Positions 1 through 10,235 of a stretch of DNA of 64,000 nt are shown here, in pieces. Source of the stretch: a virus; the IMG/VR virus record IMGVR_UViG_3300027985_001265, positions 9,759-73,758 of that record; one strand, written 5' to 3'. Numbering within the stretch: position 1 is the first letter of the stretch; each line of letters begins with the position of its first letter. Position numbers and translations under genes: made by a program. Below the pieces are notes generated by a model. It made no database searches and was not told the DNA's origin. It was given only the letters and a program-made list of their open reading frames with translations.

Positions 1-1
1 T

Positions 2-1318
2 ACCGTAGCACAGCAAGCATTAAACCAGCATGCCTATTCCATATCCGCAATCCAGGAAATGCTGGTAAACAAGTGGGATGTTATAATTGCTGAAAGTGTT
101 GGTGGAAATAAGTATGCTGCAGGTTTTGGAATTGCTCTTCATCCTACTTGGATCTTAGAAACAGGGTATGTTGCCGGGGATACTGTTTATTACATAGATA
201 CTGTTTATGAATGTCTGGCAGATCACACGGCCACCACGGTGAATGCCCCTACCGGTGCCGAAGGTGAAACATACTGGGAAGAGCTTGTTGACGCTGTGAA
301 GTCCGAATTTACTGTGAATGCAGAATCCTTTCAAGTTTTATCCCCTGTAGGCCTTGGATCTCTTTTCTCGGTCGATGGGGAGGGTAACGCATACGTCAGG
401 TCTGAGATGTTGGTAGGCAGCCTGAAATCGTTAAATTATGGTGAAGAAGGAGAATCCTGGTTTAATCTTGATCCGTCTACCGGGTTAGCTGAATTTAATG
501 AAATTGTCCTGGCCATTGGAAGTGGCAGTACCGGGTATAATAATTTCTCAGATATCCCCGGATCTCTTGATGATATTAATCCAACAGAGTATGCAGCTCT
601 TATAGATCCTGCCGGGGTTATCAATTCAGGGACAACCACCATTAATGGTGGCAAAATAACAACTGAGTCTATTACTGCGGATCAAATAGGCACCAATGAG
701 ATCATAGCCTATGCTGCGAATATTCATGATGGGGTTATCACTTCAGCTAAGATAGGCAGCCTGGAAGTCAAGACAGCCAATATAGACACTGGTGCCATCA
801 CCAATGCTAAAATAGGAGCTTTGGCTGTAGACACAGCACAGATTGCTGCTCTAGCGGTGGAGACTGCCAAGATAAATGATCTGGCTGTCACAGAAGGTAA
901 AATAGCAAATTTGGCAGTTGATACATTAAAAATCGCAGACCAAGCAGTAACGATTCCTGTATCTGCGTATACAGAAGGTTCTATTAGTTGCCCCTCTACC
1001 ACAACAGTACAGACAGCAGGAATAAACTCTTCGGGTGCTCCTATTCTTATTATAGCTTCTGTGCTTGTGTATGTACCTATTGCTGATGATAATAACTACG
1101 GTTCGATAAAAGTTACCAGAGATTCAGATGGTGCTACTATTGCTGGTCCTTTCAGGGCAGATCCTGGTGGAACGTACTCCCAATATATAACAATTTCTTT
1201 TTGTATACAGGATACACCAGGTGAAGGAGTTGAAACTTACTATTTAAAAGCTGGTGGTTCAGAAACAAGCGTTACTTGCTATTACCGTACTCTCTGTTTA
1301 TTGGAGACTAAAAAATGA
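2..1318 (+). CDS. Tail fibre / host-specificity protein, 5' truncated by window edge
   Basis: Frame is open from nt 2. ChtBD3/CBM-like motif (W..ETGYVAGDTVYY..TVYECLADHT) and 10-aa repeats (AKIxxLAVxT) typical of phage tail proteins; sits just upstream of lysis genes and portal. Confidence 0.7.
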   Translation, partial: TVAQQALNQHAYSISAIQEMLVNKWDVIIAESVGGNKYAAGFGIALHPTWILETGYVAGDTVYYIDTVYECLADHTATTVNAPTGAEGETYWEELVDAVKSEFTVNAESFQVLSPVGLGSLFSVDGEGNAYVRSEMLVGSLKSLNYGEEGESWFNLDPSTGLAEFNEIVLAIGSGSTGYNNFSDIPGSLDDINPTEYAALIDPAGVINSGTTTINGGKITTESITADQIGTNEIIAYAANIHDGVITSAKIGSLEVKTANIDTGAITNAKIGALAVDTAQIAALAVETAKINDLAVTEGKIANLAVDTLKIADQAVTIPVSAYTEGSISCPSTTTVQTAGINSSGAPILIIASVLVYVPIADDNNYGSIKVTRDSDGATIAGPFRADPGGTYSQYITISFCIQDTPGEGVETYYLKAGGSETSVTCYYRTLCLLETKK

Positions 1319-1719
1319 GCAAAGACTTTATTCTTTATGACAGTATAACTGGCCGAATACTAAGATGTGTTCAATGCCATGAGAGCATGATAGGGGTTCA
1401 ACTTCAAGAAGAAAATGCTGCTTTTATCAAAGGAAAAGCTAATGATGAAATTCAGTATATTGATGCAGTTACCTCGGAGATCCTAAATAAAACTGAATTA
1501 CCAGCTACTGTAGATAAAATAGAGATACTCGCTAATGAGGAGGATATTGTAATCATCTCAAATTTACCAAACCCATCTATAGTTAAAATTAACGAGGCAG
1601 AAGGTTATGAAGTAACTGATGGTTCTTTTGAGTTCACTGTAGATACCCCTGGGGAATACTCTCTTTTATGTTCTGCTTTTCCCTATTTGGATAAGGAGTT
1701 TATTGTCAATGCGAGTTAA
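1315..1719 (+). CDS. Putative tail fibre assembly/accessory protein
   Basis: ATGA-coupled to tail gene; N-terminal F.LYD..TGRIL motif is common in such proteins. Confidence 0.45.
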   Translation: MSKDFILYDSITGRILRCVQCHESMIGVQLQEENAAFIKGKANDEIQYIDAVTSEILNKTELPATVDKIEILANEEDIVIISNLPNPSIVKINEAEGYEVTDGSFEFTVDTPGEYSLLCSAFPYLDKEFIVNAS

Positions 1720-1900
1720 TTTTAAAGCCCCAGAAAAGCAAAAAATTAAACAGGATATCACTCTTAAAGCATTAAGTGAAGCGACACCTGAAGAGATTGA
1801 TGCCTGGGTAGATGAAAACCTGCAAAATATTGATGATCTTAAAGCAGCCTTGAAAAAGATCATTCGGGTTCAGGTATACCTTTTAAAAAGACAGGGATAA
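1703..1900 (+). CDS. Hypothetical protein
   Basis: Overlapping ORF in operon with AAGGAG RBS upstream. Confidence 0.5.
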   Translation: MSMRVNFKAPEKQKIKQDITLKALSEATPEEIDAWVDENLQNIDDLKAALKKIIRVQVYLLKRQG

Positions 1901-1908
1901 GAGAATAA

Positions 1909-2415
1909 ATGCCTAATTTTACAAGTAAATACGACCAAGAAATTCAAGATGCTGTGGCCAAATGGTGGCCTTCTGATATTCCATGGGAGTGGTGGAAAGC
2001 ACAATTATACCAAGAATCCGGGTTGCACCCAGATGCGGTATCCCCAGTCGGTGCCAGTGGGATTGCCCAATTCATGCCTGGGACATGGAAGACCATTAGT
2101 AAAAAACTCGGCTTTACCCATGTGTCTCCTTTCTCAGCCAAACACAGTATAGAAGCAGGAGCTTACTATATGGCTAAATTAGCCCATATCTGGTCCTGGG
2201 AACGCCCTGAGATGGACAGGTGGGACTTGGCAAGGGCTTCTTATAATGCAGGTCCGGGAAACCTTTTAAAAGCACAAAAGAAGGCTCATGGTGCTGTACT
2301 TTATAAAGACATCATTAAGGGCCTGCCCGCTGTTACCGGCAGGCACAGTAAAGAAACAATTGAGTATGTTAAAAATATTCATAGATGGTACGCACAGATT
2401 AAAATGGAGGATTAA
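1909..2415 (+). CDS. Endolysin, soluble lytic transglycosylase (SLT/MltF-like domain)
   Basis: SLT motifs QES (catalytic Glu), AVSPVGASGIAQFMPGTW, ASYNAGPGN and ETIEYV. Confidence 0.9.
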   Translation: MPNFTSKYDQEIQDAVAKWWPSDIPWEWWKAQLYQESGLHPDAVSPVGASGIAQFMPGTWKTISKKLGFTHVSPFSAKHSIEAGAYYMAKLAHIWSWERPEMDRWDLARASYNAGPGNLLKAQKKAHGAVLYKDIIKGLPAVTGRHSKETIEYVKNIHRWYAQIKMED

Positions 2416-2418
2416 GAT

Positions 2419-2652
2419 ATGGAATTTCTTAACCAAATTATGACCTTTGATTCTTCTGCTTGGATTCTCAAGTTATTGGATAATCACTGGTTGATTGTGA
2501 ATTTTGTCTGGGGGTCGTTTGTCATTTATGCACGACGGTCCGAGAAGACCTGGGATGATGCCCTTGTTGCTTTGGTTCAAGGGTTGAACCCAGCGAGAAG
2601 AATGAAAGGCATGAAACTTTTTTCTAAAAATGAGGAGGAATCAAAAAAATGA
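2419..2652 (+). CDS. Putative holin
   Basis: 77 aa directly after the endolysin, one hydrophobic segment (HWLIVNFVWGSFVIYA), charged C-terminus, T..DD.LV motif. Confidence 0.55.
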   Translation: MEFLNQIMTFDSSAWILKLLDNHWLIVNFVWGSFVIYARRSEKTWDDALVALVQGLNPARRMKGMKLFSKNEEESKK

Positions 2653-2933
2653 GCATTTTTACATCTATGTTAAAAGACACAATGGAAGAAGCCACAACAG
2701 GGATTATAGTTGAAAGTGCCACAGTGATCTTGACACTGGCCTTCAAGCAAGTGAAAAAGGTTCTTGCATCAGAAAACCTGAAGAACTCTGTTGAAGACTT
2801 GCTTGACCGGCTGGAAATCTCAGCAGAAAAGACAGAAACTAAGGCGGATGACCTGCTTGTTCAGGTTTTGGCAACTTCATTAAGATCAGCCTTTGATATG
2901 AAAGATGAAGATCGAGACGTGGTATTAGAATGA
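2649..2933 (+). CDS. Lysis-cassette hypothetical protein (holin-associated)
   Basis: ATGA-coupled, GAGGAGG RBS; shares T..DD.LV motif with the preceding protein. Confidence 0.5.
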   Translation: MSIFTSMLKDTMEEATTGIIVESATVILTLAFKQVKKVLASENLKNSVEDLLDRLEISAEKTETKADDLLVQVLATSLRSAFDMKDEDRDVVLE

Positions 2934-3034
2934 AAATTCCAACAGGTTTTATGGTGAAGGTTAAAATTACATCGAAGTTGAATCGAAAAATAGAGAGGTT
3001 CTTCCGAAATCTATTCAAGAGGAAAAAACAGTAG
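2930..3034 (+). CDS. 34-aa cationic amphipathic peptide (not in ORF track)
   Basis: ATGA overlap with previous stop; MKIPTGFMVKVKITSKLNRKIERFFRNLFKRKKQ, net charge about +11. Confidence 0.45.
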   Translation: MKIPTGFMVKVKITSKLNRKIERFFRNLFKRKKQ

Positions 3035-3245
3035 TTATCTTTCTCAAAAATCTTTTTGCTATTTAATAAAAAAGTATTTTAAATATTAAAAGATAAGTAA
3101 CAGGCATTTCTTATTGCATTTTTATGAGGCAGGTTAGGTAATTAATACCAATCTGCCTTTCTATTTATAACTAATAGTGAATTTTTTATTTTAAAAATTT
3201 ACTCCTATACTCGGCCAAAATTTTTCATCAATACATGAGGACTCA

Positions 3246-5390
3246 ATGGCCGAGCTGGAAAGACATAGACTGACTTCTTGGGAGAATGAACCTAGTGTTA
3301 TGGATCTCAAGAAAAATATTGATGATGCCGATATCGATCAACAGTCACATCAGATAAATGTTGATCGTTGGTTAAGTAATCTCTATGTTACCGGATCTGC
3401 CAAGATTCCTGAGAAAGACGGGCAATCTTCTGTAGTCCCTAAACTAATCAGGAAACAGGCTGAATGGCGATACTCCTCTTTGTCAGAACCTTTCTTGAGT
3501 TCACCTGATATTTTCAATGTTGCTCCCCGGACAGCCGGCGATAGAAAACGAGCAATCCAGAATGCACTGTTACTGAATTATCAGTTCAATAATATTATCG
3601 GTCGTGTGTCCTTTATTGATGCTTATGTGCGGGATGCTGTGGACATCGGAACTGTCATTGTAAAAGTAGGTTGGATCACTGAAGAGGCCCCAGTCAAAGA
3701 AGAAGTTCCTGTCTATGAATTTATACCTGTCATGGATCAGATGGTCCTTCAACAATATATGGCCTGGTTACAATTACGGGCAACCAATCAGGATCTCTAT
3801 GCAGAGGTAAGTAATCCTGGTATTGACCAGGCTCTGGATATTTTCCTGAAAGAACAGCGTCTTGTGGTCCCTCGTCAGGTTGGTACTCGAACTGTTGAAT
3901 CAATCAAAGAGATTAAAAACCAGCCAACAGTAGAAACCTGTTTACCAGATAATGTCATCATTGACCCTTCATGCAATGGTGATCTGGATAAGGCGGAATT
4001 CATTTGTGAAAAGTTTAAATCATCTCTTTCCGAGTTACGGAAGGATGGTCGATATAAAAACTTAGAGCGCGTCAATATTGAAGGTGCATCTCCTCTGACA
4101 GATCCTGATTATAAAGAGGGAGACGATAATGGCAATTTTAATTTTGATGACAAACCCAGGAGACAGTTTGTTGTCCACAGTTACTGGGGTAACTGGGATA
4201 TCCATAACAGAGGTATAGCAGACCCCATTTGTGCTTTCTGGGTTGGCGATACAATGATTCGCCTGGAAGAAAACCCTTTCCCGGACAGAAAACCCCCTTT
4301 CGTAAAGGCCGTGTATATGCCTGTGCGAAAATCTAATTGGGGAGAGCCTGACGGTGAGTTATTAGAGCCCAATCAAAAGATCGTTGGCGCCGTAACCCGT
4401 GGAATGATTGATCTTTTAGGTAAATCTGCCAATGGTCAGACGGCTTTTAAAAAAGGTGCTCTGGACGCTACCAACAAGCAGAAATTTCTTCGCGGCGATG
4501 ATTACGAAATTAATGCCACAGATGATGCCAGACAAGCCATATACATGCACCAGTACCCGGAGATCCCTAATTCTGCGTATAGCATGATTACCCTACAGCA
4601 GACAGAGGCTGAATCCCTTACTGGTGTTAAAGCGTACCATACAGGCATTACCGGGGAAGCTTTAGGTAATAATGTCCGGAATGGTCGGTCTGCCCTGGAT
4701 GCGGCCAGTAAACGTGAGCTTGGAATCCTCCGCAGGTTGGCTGTAGGGGTAATTCAGATTGGTCGTAAAATTATCGCCATGAACGCTGAATTTCTCTCTG
4801 AGGAAGAGGTTGTCCGGGTTACTAATGATAAGTTTATCCCAGTTCGCAGAGACGATTTAAAGGGAACATTTGATCTTGAATTAACCATCAGTACAGCGGA
4901 AGAGGATAACAAGAAAGCTGAAGAATTAGCCTTTATGCTTCAGACCACGGGTAACAATATGGACCCAGGTCTTCAAAAAATGATCTTGTCCGACATCGCC
5001 CGCCTGAGAAAAATGCCGGCCATCGCTGATCGCATCGAAAAGTTCCAGCCCCAGCCTGATCCTTTGGTTCAAATGAAAGCCGAACTGGAAATTGAGTTGT
5101 TGAAAAAACAATGTGCCAAGGAGGAAGCCCTGGCCATTAAACATGCCTCTGAAGCTGAATTGAATGGTGTCCAGGGAATCAAAGAAGCTACCCAGGCTAA
5201 ATTGAATGATGCAAAGGCCAATACTGAAGAAGCTAAAGCCCGGAACTTGCACAGTGATTCAGACAATAAAGATTTGTCATTTTTAGAGCAAGAATCTGGT
5301 GTCAACCAAGCCCGTGAAAAAGAAAAAATAAATCTACAAGCACAACACAATAAAGAGGCTAAACAAGCCACACAATCCAAGGAGAAGTAA
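3246..5390 (+). CDS. Portal protein (N4 gp59-like)
   Basis: Motifs WENEPS, S.VVPKLIRKQAEWRYSSLSEPFLS, IVGAVTRGMIDLLGKSANGQ and ALDAASKRE match N4-type portals; synteny with capsid gene. Confidence 0.92.
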   Translation: MAELERHRLTSWENEPSVMDLKKNIDDADIDQQSHQINVDRWLSNLYVTGSAKIPEKDGQSSVVPKLIRKQAEWRYSSLSEPFLSSPDIFNVAPRTAGDRKRAIQNALLLNYQFNNIIGRVSFIDAYVRDAVDIGTVIVKVGWITEEAPVKEEVPVYEFIPVMDQMVLQQYMAWLQLRATNQDLYAEVSNPGIDQALDIFLKEQRLVVPRQVGTRTVESIKEIKNQPTVETCLPDNVIIDPSCNGDLDKAEFICEKFKSSLSELRKDGRYKNLERVNIEGASPLTDPDYKEGDDNGNFNFDDKPRRQFVVHSYWGNWDIHNRGIADPICAFWVGDTMIRLEENPFPDRKPPFVKAVYMPVRKSNWGEPDGELLEPNQKIVGAVTRGMIDLLGKSANGQTAFKKGALDATNKQKFLRGDDYEINATDDARQAIYMHQYPEIPNSAYSMITLQQTEAESLTGVKAYHTGITGEALGNNVRNGRSALDAASKRELGILRRLAVGVIQIGRKIIAMNAEFLSEEEVVRVTNDKFIPVRRDDLKGTFDLELTISTAEEDNKKAEELAFMLQTTGNNMDPGLQKMILSDIARLRKMPAIADRIEKFQPQPDPLVQMKAELEIELLKKQCAKEEALAIKHASEAELNGVQGIKEATQAKLNDAKANTEEAKARNLHSDSDNKDLSFLEQESGVNQAREKEKINLQAQHNKEAKQATQSKEK

Positions 5391-5732
5391 ATGTCTGAGA
5401 ATGTTGTTCAAGAAATTGAAGTATCTATGGAGTTGCTTAAAAAGAAAATTGCCCTGGCTGAAGTGTTGAATCGCCTGGAACAAAATAAAGATTTCCAGGA
5501 ATTTATCCTGGATGGGTTCTGTAAGGAGCATGCTCTTGGTTTGGTTTCCAAGAGAGTTTCCCCGGCATTCCAGCAGGAGATGAATAAAAAGTATATCGAA
5601 GACCAGCTTACTGCCATCGGCAGCCTTCAGCTCTATATGCGTTTTGTTAAAGATGAAGCCAAAGTATCCAAGAAAAACCTGGATGAGGCCATCGAAGAGC
5701 GCAATCGAGCAATGGAGAAGGAGGTCGCCTAA
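5391..5732 (+). CDS. Conserved N4-like hypothetical protein (gp58-like)
   Basis: Position between portal and gp57; L.RLE.NKDF.E.IL.G motif. Confidence 0.7.
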   Translation: MSENVVQEIEVSMELLKKKIALAEVLNRLEQNKDFQEFILDGFCKEHALGLVSKRVSPAFQQEMNKKYIEDQLTAIGSLQLYMRFVKDEAKVSKKNLDEAIEERNRAMEKEVA

Positions 5733-5735
5733 TCC

Positions 5736-6941
5736 ATGACTGAACCCGTCATTGATACTCCTGAAAAAGAAGAACAGGTGGATGTATTTGAGCTTTCCGA
5801 TGAAGAATTTGCAAAGCTCAATGAACCCTCCGTTCAATCTATAACCCAGGAGAAGGAGGTAGAGCTTCCAGGTGAAACGTCCTCAGACGAAAGTACAATG
5901 GGTCAGGAAAAGGCCGGTGAAGTTCAAGAAGAGGCCGAAACTAACCCCGGAACAGAGGTTATTCAACCAGACGAAAAAAATGCTGATGCTTCAGGCATTA
6001 TTGATGATAACCCCGCTGCTGGTGATACTGCCGGAAAAAACAAGCCGGAAGAGAAGCCTGGGGAATCAAAGAAAGATGAAACGCCGGCCGACAACCAACA
6101 GTCGCTGGTAGATTATAAGACCGAATATGAAAAACTGATGGCCCCGTTCAAAGCGAACGGTTCAGATATGCAGATAAAGAGTGTTGACGATGCCATTCAG
6201 CTCATGAAGATGGGGGCCGGGTTCCATAAGAAGATGGCTGCCTTGAAGCCCAACCTTCGCCAGATGAAACTTCTGGAAAAGCACGGACTGTTGGATGACG
6301 AGAAATTGAATTATCTCATTGATCTGCATAACCGTGATCCTAAAGCAATACAAAAGCTTCTGAAGGAAAGCCAGATTGATCCTTTGGATATAGATGTAAA
6401 GGCTGAAACCAACTACAAACCCACTGATCGGAAGATCTCCGATAAAGAGCTTGATCTGGATAATGTCCTAAGTGAAATCCGGGATACTCCTACATTCCAG
6501 AAAACTCTCAATGTCGTTTCCAACCAGTGGGATGAATCAAGTCAGAACACCATTGCCTCTGAGCCCCATATTATCTCGATAATCAATGGGCATATCGCAG
6601 ATGGTACTTTTGATGTTGTCATGAAGCGAGTTGACTATGAACGTAGTCTGGGCCGCCTTAGTGGTGTTTCAGATTTTGAGGCTTATAAACAGATGGGCAA
6701 TGCTCTAGCTAATGAAGGAGTCCTTCAGCGAGTCGGTGCATCCCAGCATACTGTCCAGTCTCAGCCGAATGTTCAGCCGCCTAAAGCGGAATCCCAAGAA
6801 GAGATCGAACGGCAAAAAAAGAAACGTGCTGCAAGTCCGACTAAAGGATCCAAGACCACTGCTGCTCCGGCTTTTGACCCACTCGATATGTCTGATGAAG
6901 ATTTTGCCAAATTGGATATCAATAAGTACATAAAATCTTGA
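5736..6941 (+). CDS. N4 gp57-like protein (probable scaffold; often annotated tape measure)
   Basis: Acidic low-complexity N-terminus, APFKANG..MQ..S.DDAIQLMKMG motif and C-terminal DPLDMSDEDF; immediately upstream of capsid. Confidence 0.8.
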   Translation: MTEPVIDTPEKEEQVDVFELSDEEFAKLNEPSVQSITQEKEVELPGETSSDESTMGQEKAGEVQEEAETNPGTEVIQPDEKNADASGIIDDNPAAGDTAGKNKPEEKPGESKKDETPADNQQSLVDYKTEYEKLMAPFKANGSDMQIKSVDDAIQLMKMGAGFHKKMAALKPNLRQMKLLEKHGLLDDEKLNYLIDLHNRDPKAIQKLLKESQIDPLDIDVKAETNYKPTDRKISDKELDLDNVLSEIRDTPTFQKTLNVVSNQWDESSQNTIASEPHIISIINGHIADGTFDVVMKRVDYERSLGRLSGVSDFEAYKQMGNALANEGVLQRVGASQHTVQSQPNVQPPKAESQEEIERQKKKRAASPTKGSKTTAAPAFDPLDMSDEDFAKLDINKYIKS

Positions 6942-6960
6942 TATAACGAGGTAAAATACA

Positions 6961-8523
6961 ATGACTTTTGAAAACGGACAGGTTTACGGTACCGGTAGCA
7001 ACTCTACCATTGGTACTCAGTTTACCGATCATTTCTACCAGAAGAAAGCCCTGGTGGATTTGCAGAAAGAAAAATACTTTTCCCAGCTTGCCGATGTTGT
7101 GGGTATGCCGAAAAATATGGGCAAGACCATTAAACGGTATCACTATGTTCCCCTGCTGGATGACCGAAACATCAGTGACCAGGGCATTGATGCCAATGGT
7201 GTTGTCATGGCATCCACCCAGTTTACGGTAACCATTCCCCAGGCTACCAATGGTGCTCCTCTGAATACCAATACCCTTGGTACAGCCGAGAGAGCCTATG
7301 TTGAAGGTGAATACCTTTATTGCGTTGCCGATGCCTGTTACTATGTAATCGGTGCTGCAGGTGTAGCTGAAGACGCTGACCTTTCCGCTGCTGCCGGAGC
7401 TACTGCCAAGACCTATGCAAACATTAAAACCCTGATCGAAGATGTTCTTTCCGGTACCACTGCTGTAACAGCGACTGTTGATGCTAATGGTATTGACGTT
7501 ACCAACCAGACCCCGGTTTATGAGACTGAAGCCAAAGCTACCATTGTTACCTCCATTATTGGTGGTGCCTCCAAAGTTGAGCGTTACGGCAATATCTACG
7601 GCTCCAGTAAAGACATCGGGTCCATCCAGGGCAAATTACCGGTATTGTCTGAAACCGGTGGCCGTGTTAACCGGGTGGGTTTTACCCGTATCAACCTGGA
7701 AGGTTCCATTGAGAAGTTCGGTTTCTTCGATGAATACACGGAAGAATCTCTTAACTTTGATACTGATGCCGAACTGGAAATGCACGTCAACCGTGAAATG
7801 ATCTTCGGCGCCCATGAGATTACCGAAGATATGCTCCAGATTGACCTGCTGGAAAACGCCGGTGTTGAGTATTTCCCTGGAGCTGCCTCGGTTGATACCC
7901 TGGAAGAGCTTACTGGTGAAACTGGTTCTGTAACAGAAGTGGCTTACTCCGACTTGGTAAAACTGGACATTGAGTTGAACAACAACCGCTGCCCCAAAGC
8001 TACCAAGATCATTACCGGTTCTCGTCTCCAGGATACCAAGGTTATCCCTGCTTGTCGCTTGATGTATATCGGCTCTGAAATGCAGCCTACCCTGCTGCAG
8101 ATGACGGATTACCACAGTAACCCGGCCTTTATTCCCTTGGCTCATTATGCTGCTGCCGGCTCCGAGATCAATGGTGAAATCGGCTCAGTGGCCAACTTTC
8201 GTGTCGTTGTTGTTCCCGAGATGCTGCATCATGCTGGTGTGGGTGCCATTGAGTCTACCAATGCCGGGTATCGTACTACCAATGGCCGGTATGATGCCTA
8301 TCCCATGATGGTTATTGGTTCTGAGTCTTTTACCACCATTGGTTTCCAGACCTCTGGTAAAATGGTGAAATTCAAGATTTATCATAAGAAACCTGGTGAA
8401 GCTACTGCTGACCGGAACGACCCCTATGGGGAAACTGGCTTCATGTCCATCAAGTGGTACTATGGATTTATGCCCCTCAGGACGGAACGTCTGGCCGTTA
8501 TCTGGTCCGTAGCCCAGCTTTAA
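6961..8523 (+). CDS. Major capsid protein (N4 gp56 family) with internal insertion
   Basis: YVPLLDDRN.SDQGIDANG, GNIYGSSKDIG.I.GKLPVLSETGGRVNRVGFTR and DPYGETGF.SIKWYYG are N4-type MCP motifs. Confidence 0.95.
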   Translation: MTFENGQVYGTGSNSTIGTQFTDHFYQKKALVDLQKEKYFSQLADVVGMPKNMGKTIKRYHYVPLLDDRNISDQGIDANGVVMASTQFTVTIPQATNGAPLNTNTLGTAERAYVEGEYLYCVADACYYVIGAAGVAEDADLSAAAGATAKTYANIKTLIEDVLSGTTAVTATVDANGIDVTNQTPVYETEAKATIVTSIIGGASKVERYGNIYGSSKDIGSIQGKLPVLSETGGRVNRVGFTRINLEGSIEKFGFFDEYTEESLNFDTDAELEMHVNREMIFGAHEITEDMLQIDLLENAGVEYFPGAASVDTLEELTGETGSVTEVAYSDLVKLDIELNNNRCPKATKIITGSRLQDTKVIPACRLMYIGSEMQPTLLQMTDYHSNPAFIPLAHYAAAGSEINGEIGSVANFRVVVVPEMLHHAGVGAIESTNAGYRTTNGRYDAYPMMVIGSESFTTIGFQTSGKMVKFKIYHKKPGEATADRNDPYGETGFMSIKWYYGFMPLRTERLAVIWSVAQL

Positions 8524-8557
8524 TTTAATCCTTTGGATTAAACAGTAAGTATATCTT

Positions 8558-8590
8558 AGCCCTCCTCCGTCCTTGGGGGAGGGTTTTTTA
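8558..8590 (+). terminator. Rho-independent terminator after capsid gene
   Basis: GCCCTCCTCC...GGGGGAGGGT hairpin followed by a T run. Confidence 0.75.
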
Positions 8591-8609
8591 AACCCTCAAG
8601 GAGATCCCC

Positions 8610-9158
8610 ATGACTGAACTATTTGAAGATACCACTGAAATTTATGAAGAAAAAGATGAATTGACCCTGCTCAAGGAACGTGCCGATCTGATGGGTATTA
8701 AATACCATCCCAGTATTGGTTTGGAGAAGTTGAAGGAAAAAGTGAATGAATCCCTCAAGCCTACAAAACCGGTGCCGGTAGAAAAAACAGCCATGCAGAA
8801 AAAAATGGAACAGGTTAAAGAGGCCAATCGTCTGGTGCGTATCCGGGTTACCTGCATGGACCCCAACAAAAAAGGATGGAAGGGTGACTTCTTTACTGTC
8901 ATGAATTCCACCTTTGGTTCCATCAAAAAATATGTACCTTTCAACGTCGAGTGGCATGTGCCTGTGGTTATCTTCAAACAGATTAAACGGAAAAAACGTC
9001 AGGAATTTTATGAAGTTCCCGGGAAGTTTGGTTTGAAGATCAAGAGAGCCCGCATGGTGCCTATGTTTGCCGTCGAAGAACTTCCTCCCCTCACAACCAA
9101 TGAGTTGAAAGAACTGGCCAGACGACAGTCCCTGAACCACAGTATTGATGAAAATTAG
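8610..9158 (+). CDS. N4 gp55-like protein
   Basis: EL.LLKERADLMGIKYHPSIGLEKLKEKV and RLVRIRVTCMDPNKK.W.G motifs; synteny. Confidence 0.8.
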   Translation: MTELFEDTTEIYEEKDELTLLKERADLMGIKYHPSIGLEKLKEKVNESLKPTKPVPVEKTAMQKKMEQVKEANRLVRIRVTCMDPNKKGWKGDFFTVMNSTFGSIKKYVPFNVEWHVPVVIFKQIKRKKRQEFYEVPGKFGLKIKRARMVPMFAVEELPPLTTNELKELARRQSLNHSIDEN

Positions 9159-9166
9159 AGGTCTTT

Positions 9167-10210
9167 ATGACTACGTCGATTGATACCATTGTTTTAGATT
9201 CCAATGCGTCTCTAAGCCAACCTGATGTATCCAGGCTGACCACCCAAAGTGTTGATGGCACAGGTGTTTTTGATGTCCTGATGAAAGCTGCCAAGCAGCA
9301 CCTTCTCGAAGAATATGAAGCTGACCGGATTACCGGTGCCGAGTATACTCAGGTGTACCTTGGTGCCATGACTGCGGTAATGCAGACAGCCCTTCAGTTT
9401 TTGTTAAATTCCCAGCAGGAAGAAAAGATCCAGGCAGAGATAGCTTTAACCCGGCAGAAGACCGTTACCGAGTTGGCCCAGACTGATGATGATTTACCCC
9501 TTGGTCTTGGTTTTAACGGGGATACATCAGTTCAAGGTATCGTTGCCCTCCAGAGGGAGAAACTTACCCAGGAAGGCCTTTTAGTCGATGCCCAGGTCAG
9601 CCGTACAGCAACTGAAAATGCTTTGACCGGCCAGCAACTTATTACGGAATTGGCCAAGACTGATGATGATCTCACCCAGGCAGAAGCTGCCGGGTATGGT
9701 CTGAACAGCAGTACCGCCGTAACCGGATTGATGAAAGCTGAAACGGATAAGACGATGGCCGAAGCTGTCTATACTGAACAAAAAACTGTAACTGAACTGG
9801 CCAGTACCAGTGACACCAAACCAGTAACTCTTGGTGTTATGACCAGCACCACGGCAATTACTGGTTTGAGTGCAGCCCAGAAAGATAAAATCTATGCCGA
9901 ACAAACTCTGTTGTCTCAGAAAGCCAATACTGAATTGGCTCAGACTGCAGATACCGTAAAAATAGGTTCCCCATATCTGAATACTTTAACTGCAGTTACA
10001 GGTGTCATTGGGCAACAGAAAGCTCTGTATGCAGCTCAGACAGAAGGTTTTGCCCGGGATGCTGAACAGAAGGTATTTAAGATTTTCGCTGATACTTGGT
10101 CAGTTTCTGCCACTCAAAGTGAAGCTACAGCCAATACAACAAATGGGTTAGATGATGCGTCTCTTGGTGAAGTTGTAGCTAAAGCTAAAGCCGGAATCGG
10201 TATTTCTTAA
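9167..10210 (+). CDS. Virion structural protein (N4 gp54-like)
   Basis: G.GVFDVLM.A...HL..EY...RITGAEY..VYLG and GFARDAEQK motifs; four internal TELAxT repeats. Confidence 0.8.
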   Translation: MTTSIDTIVLDSNASLSQPDVSRLTTQSVDGTGVFDVLMKAAKQHLLEEYEADRITGAEYTQVYLGAMTAVMQTALQFLLNSQQEEKIQAEIALTRQKTVTELAQTDDDLPLGLGFNGDTSVQGIVALQREKLTQEGLLVDAQVSRTATENALTGQQLITELAKTDDDLTQAEAAGYGLNSSTAVTGLMKAETDKTMAEAVYTEQKTVTELASTSDTKPVTLGVMTSTTAITGLSAAQKDKIYAEQTLLSQKANTELAQTADTVKIGSPYLNTLTAVTGVIGQQKALYAAQTEGFARDAEQKVFKIFADTWSVSATQSEATANTTNGLDDASLGEVVAKAKAGIGIS

Positions 10211-10235
10211 TTTATAAGTAAAGAGGTTTTATATT

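Noticed and set aside
7201-7587. Intein in the capsid protein
   Set aside because: No C/S start block, HN-C/S/T end or LAGLIDADG motifs.
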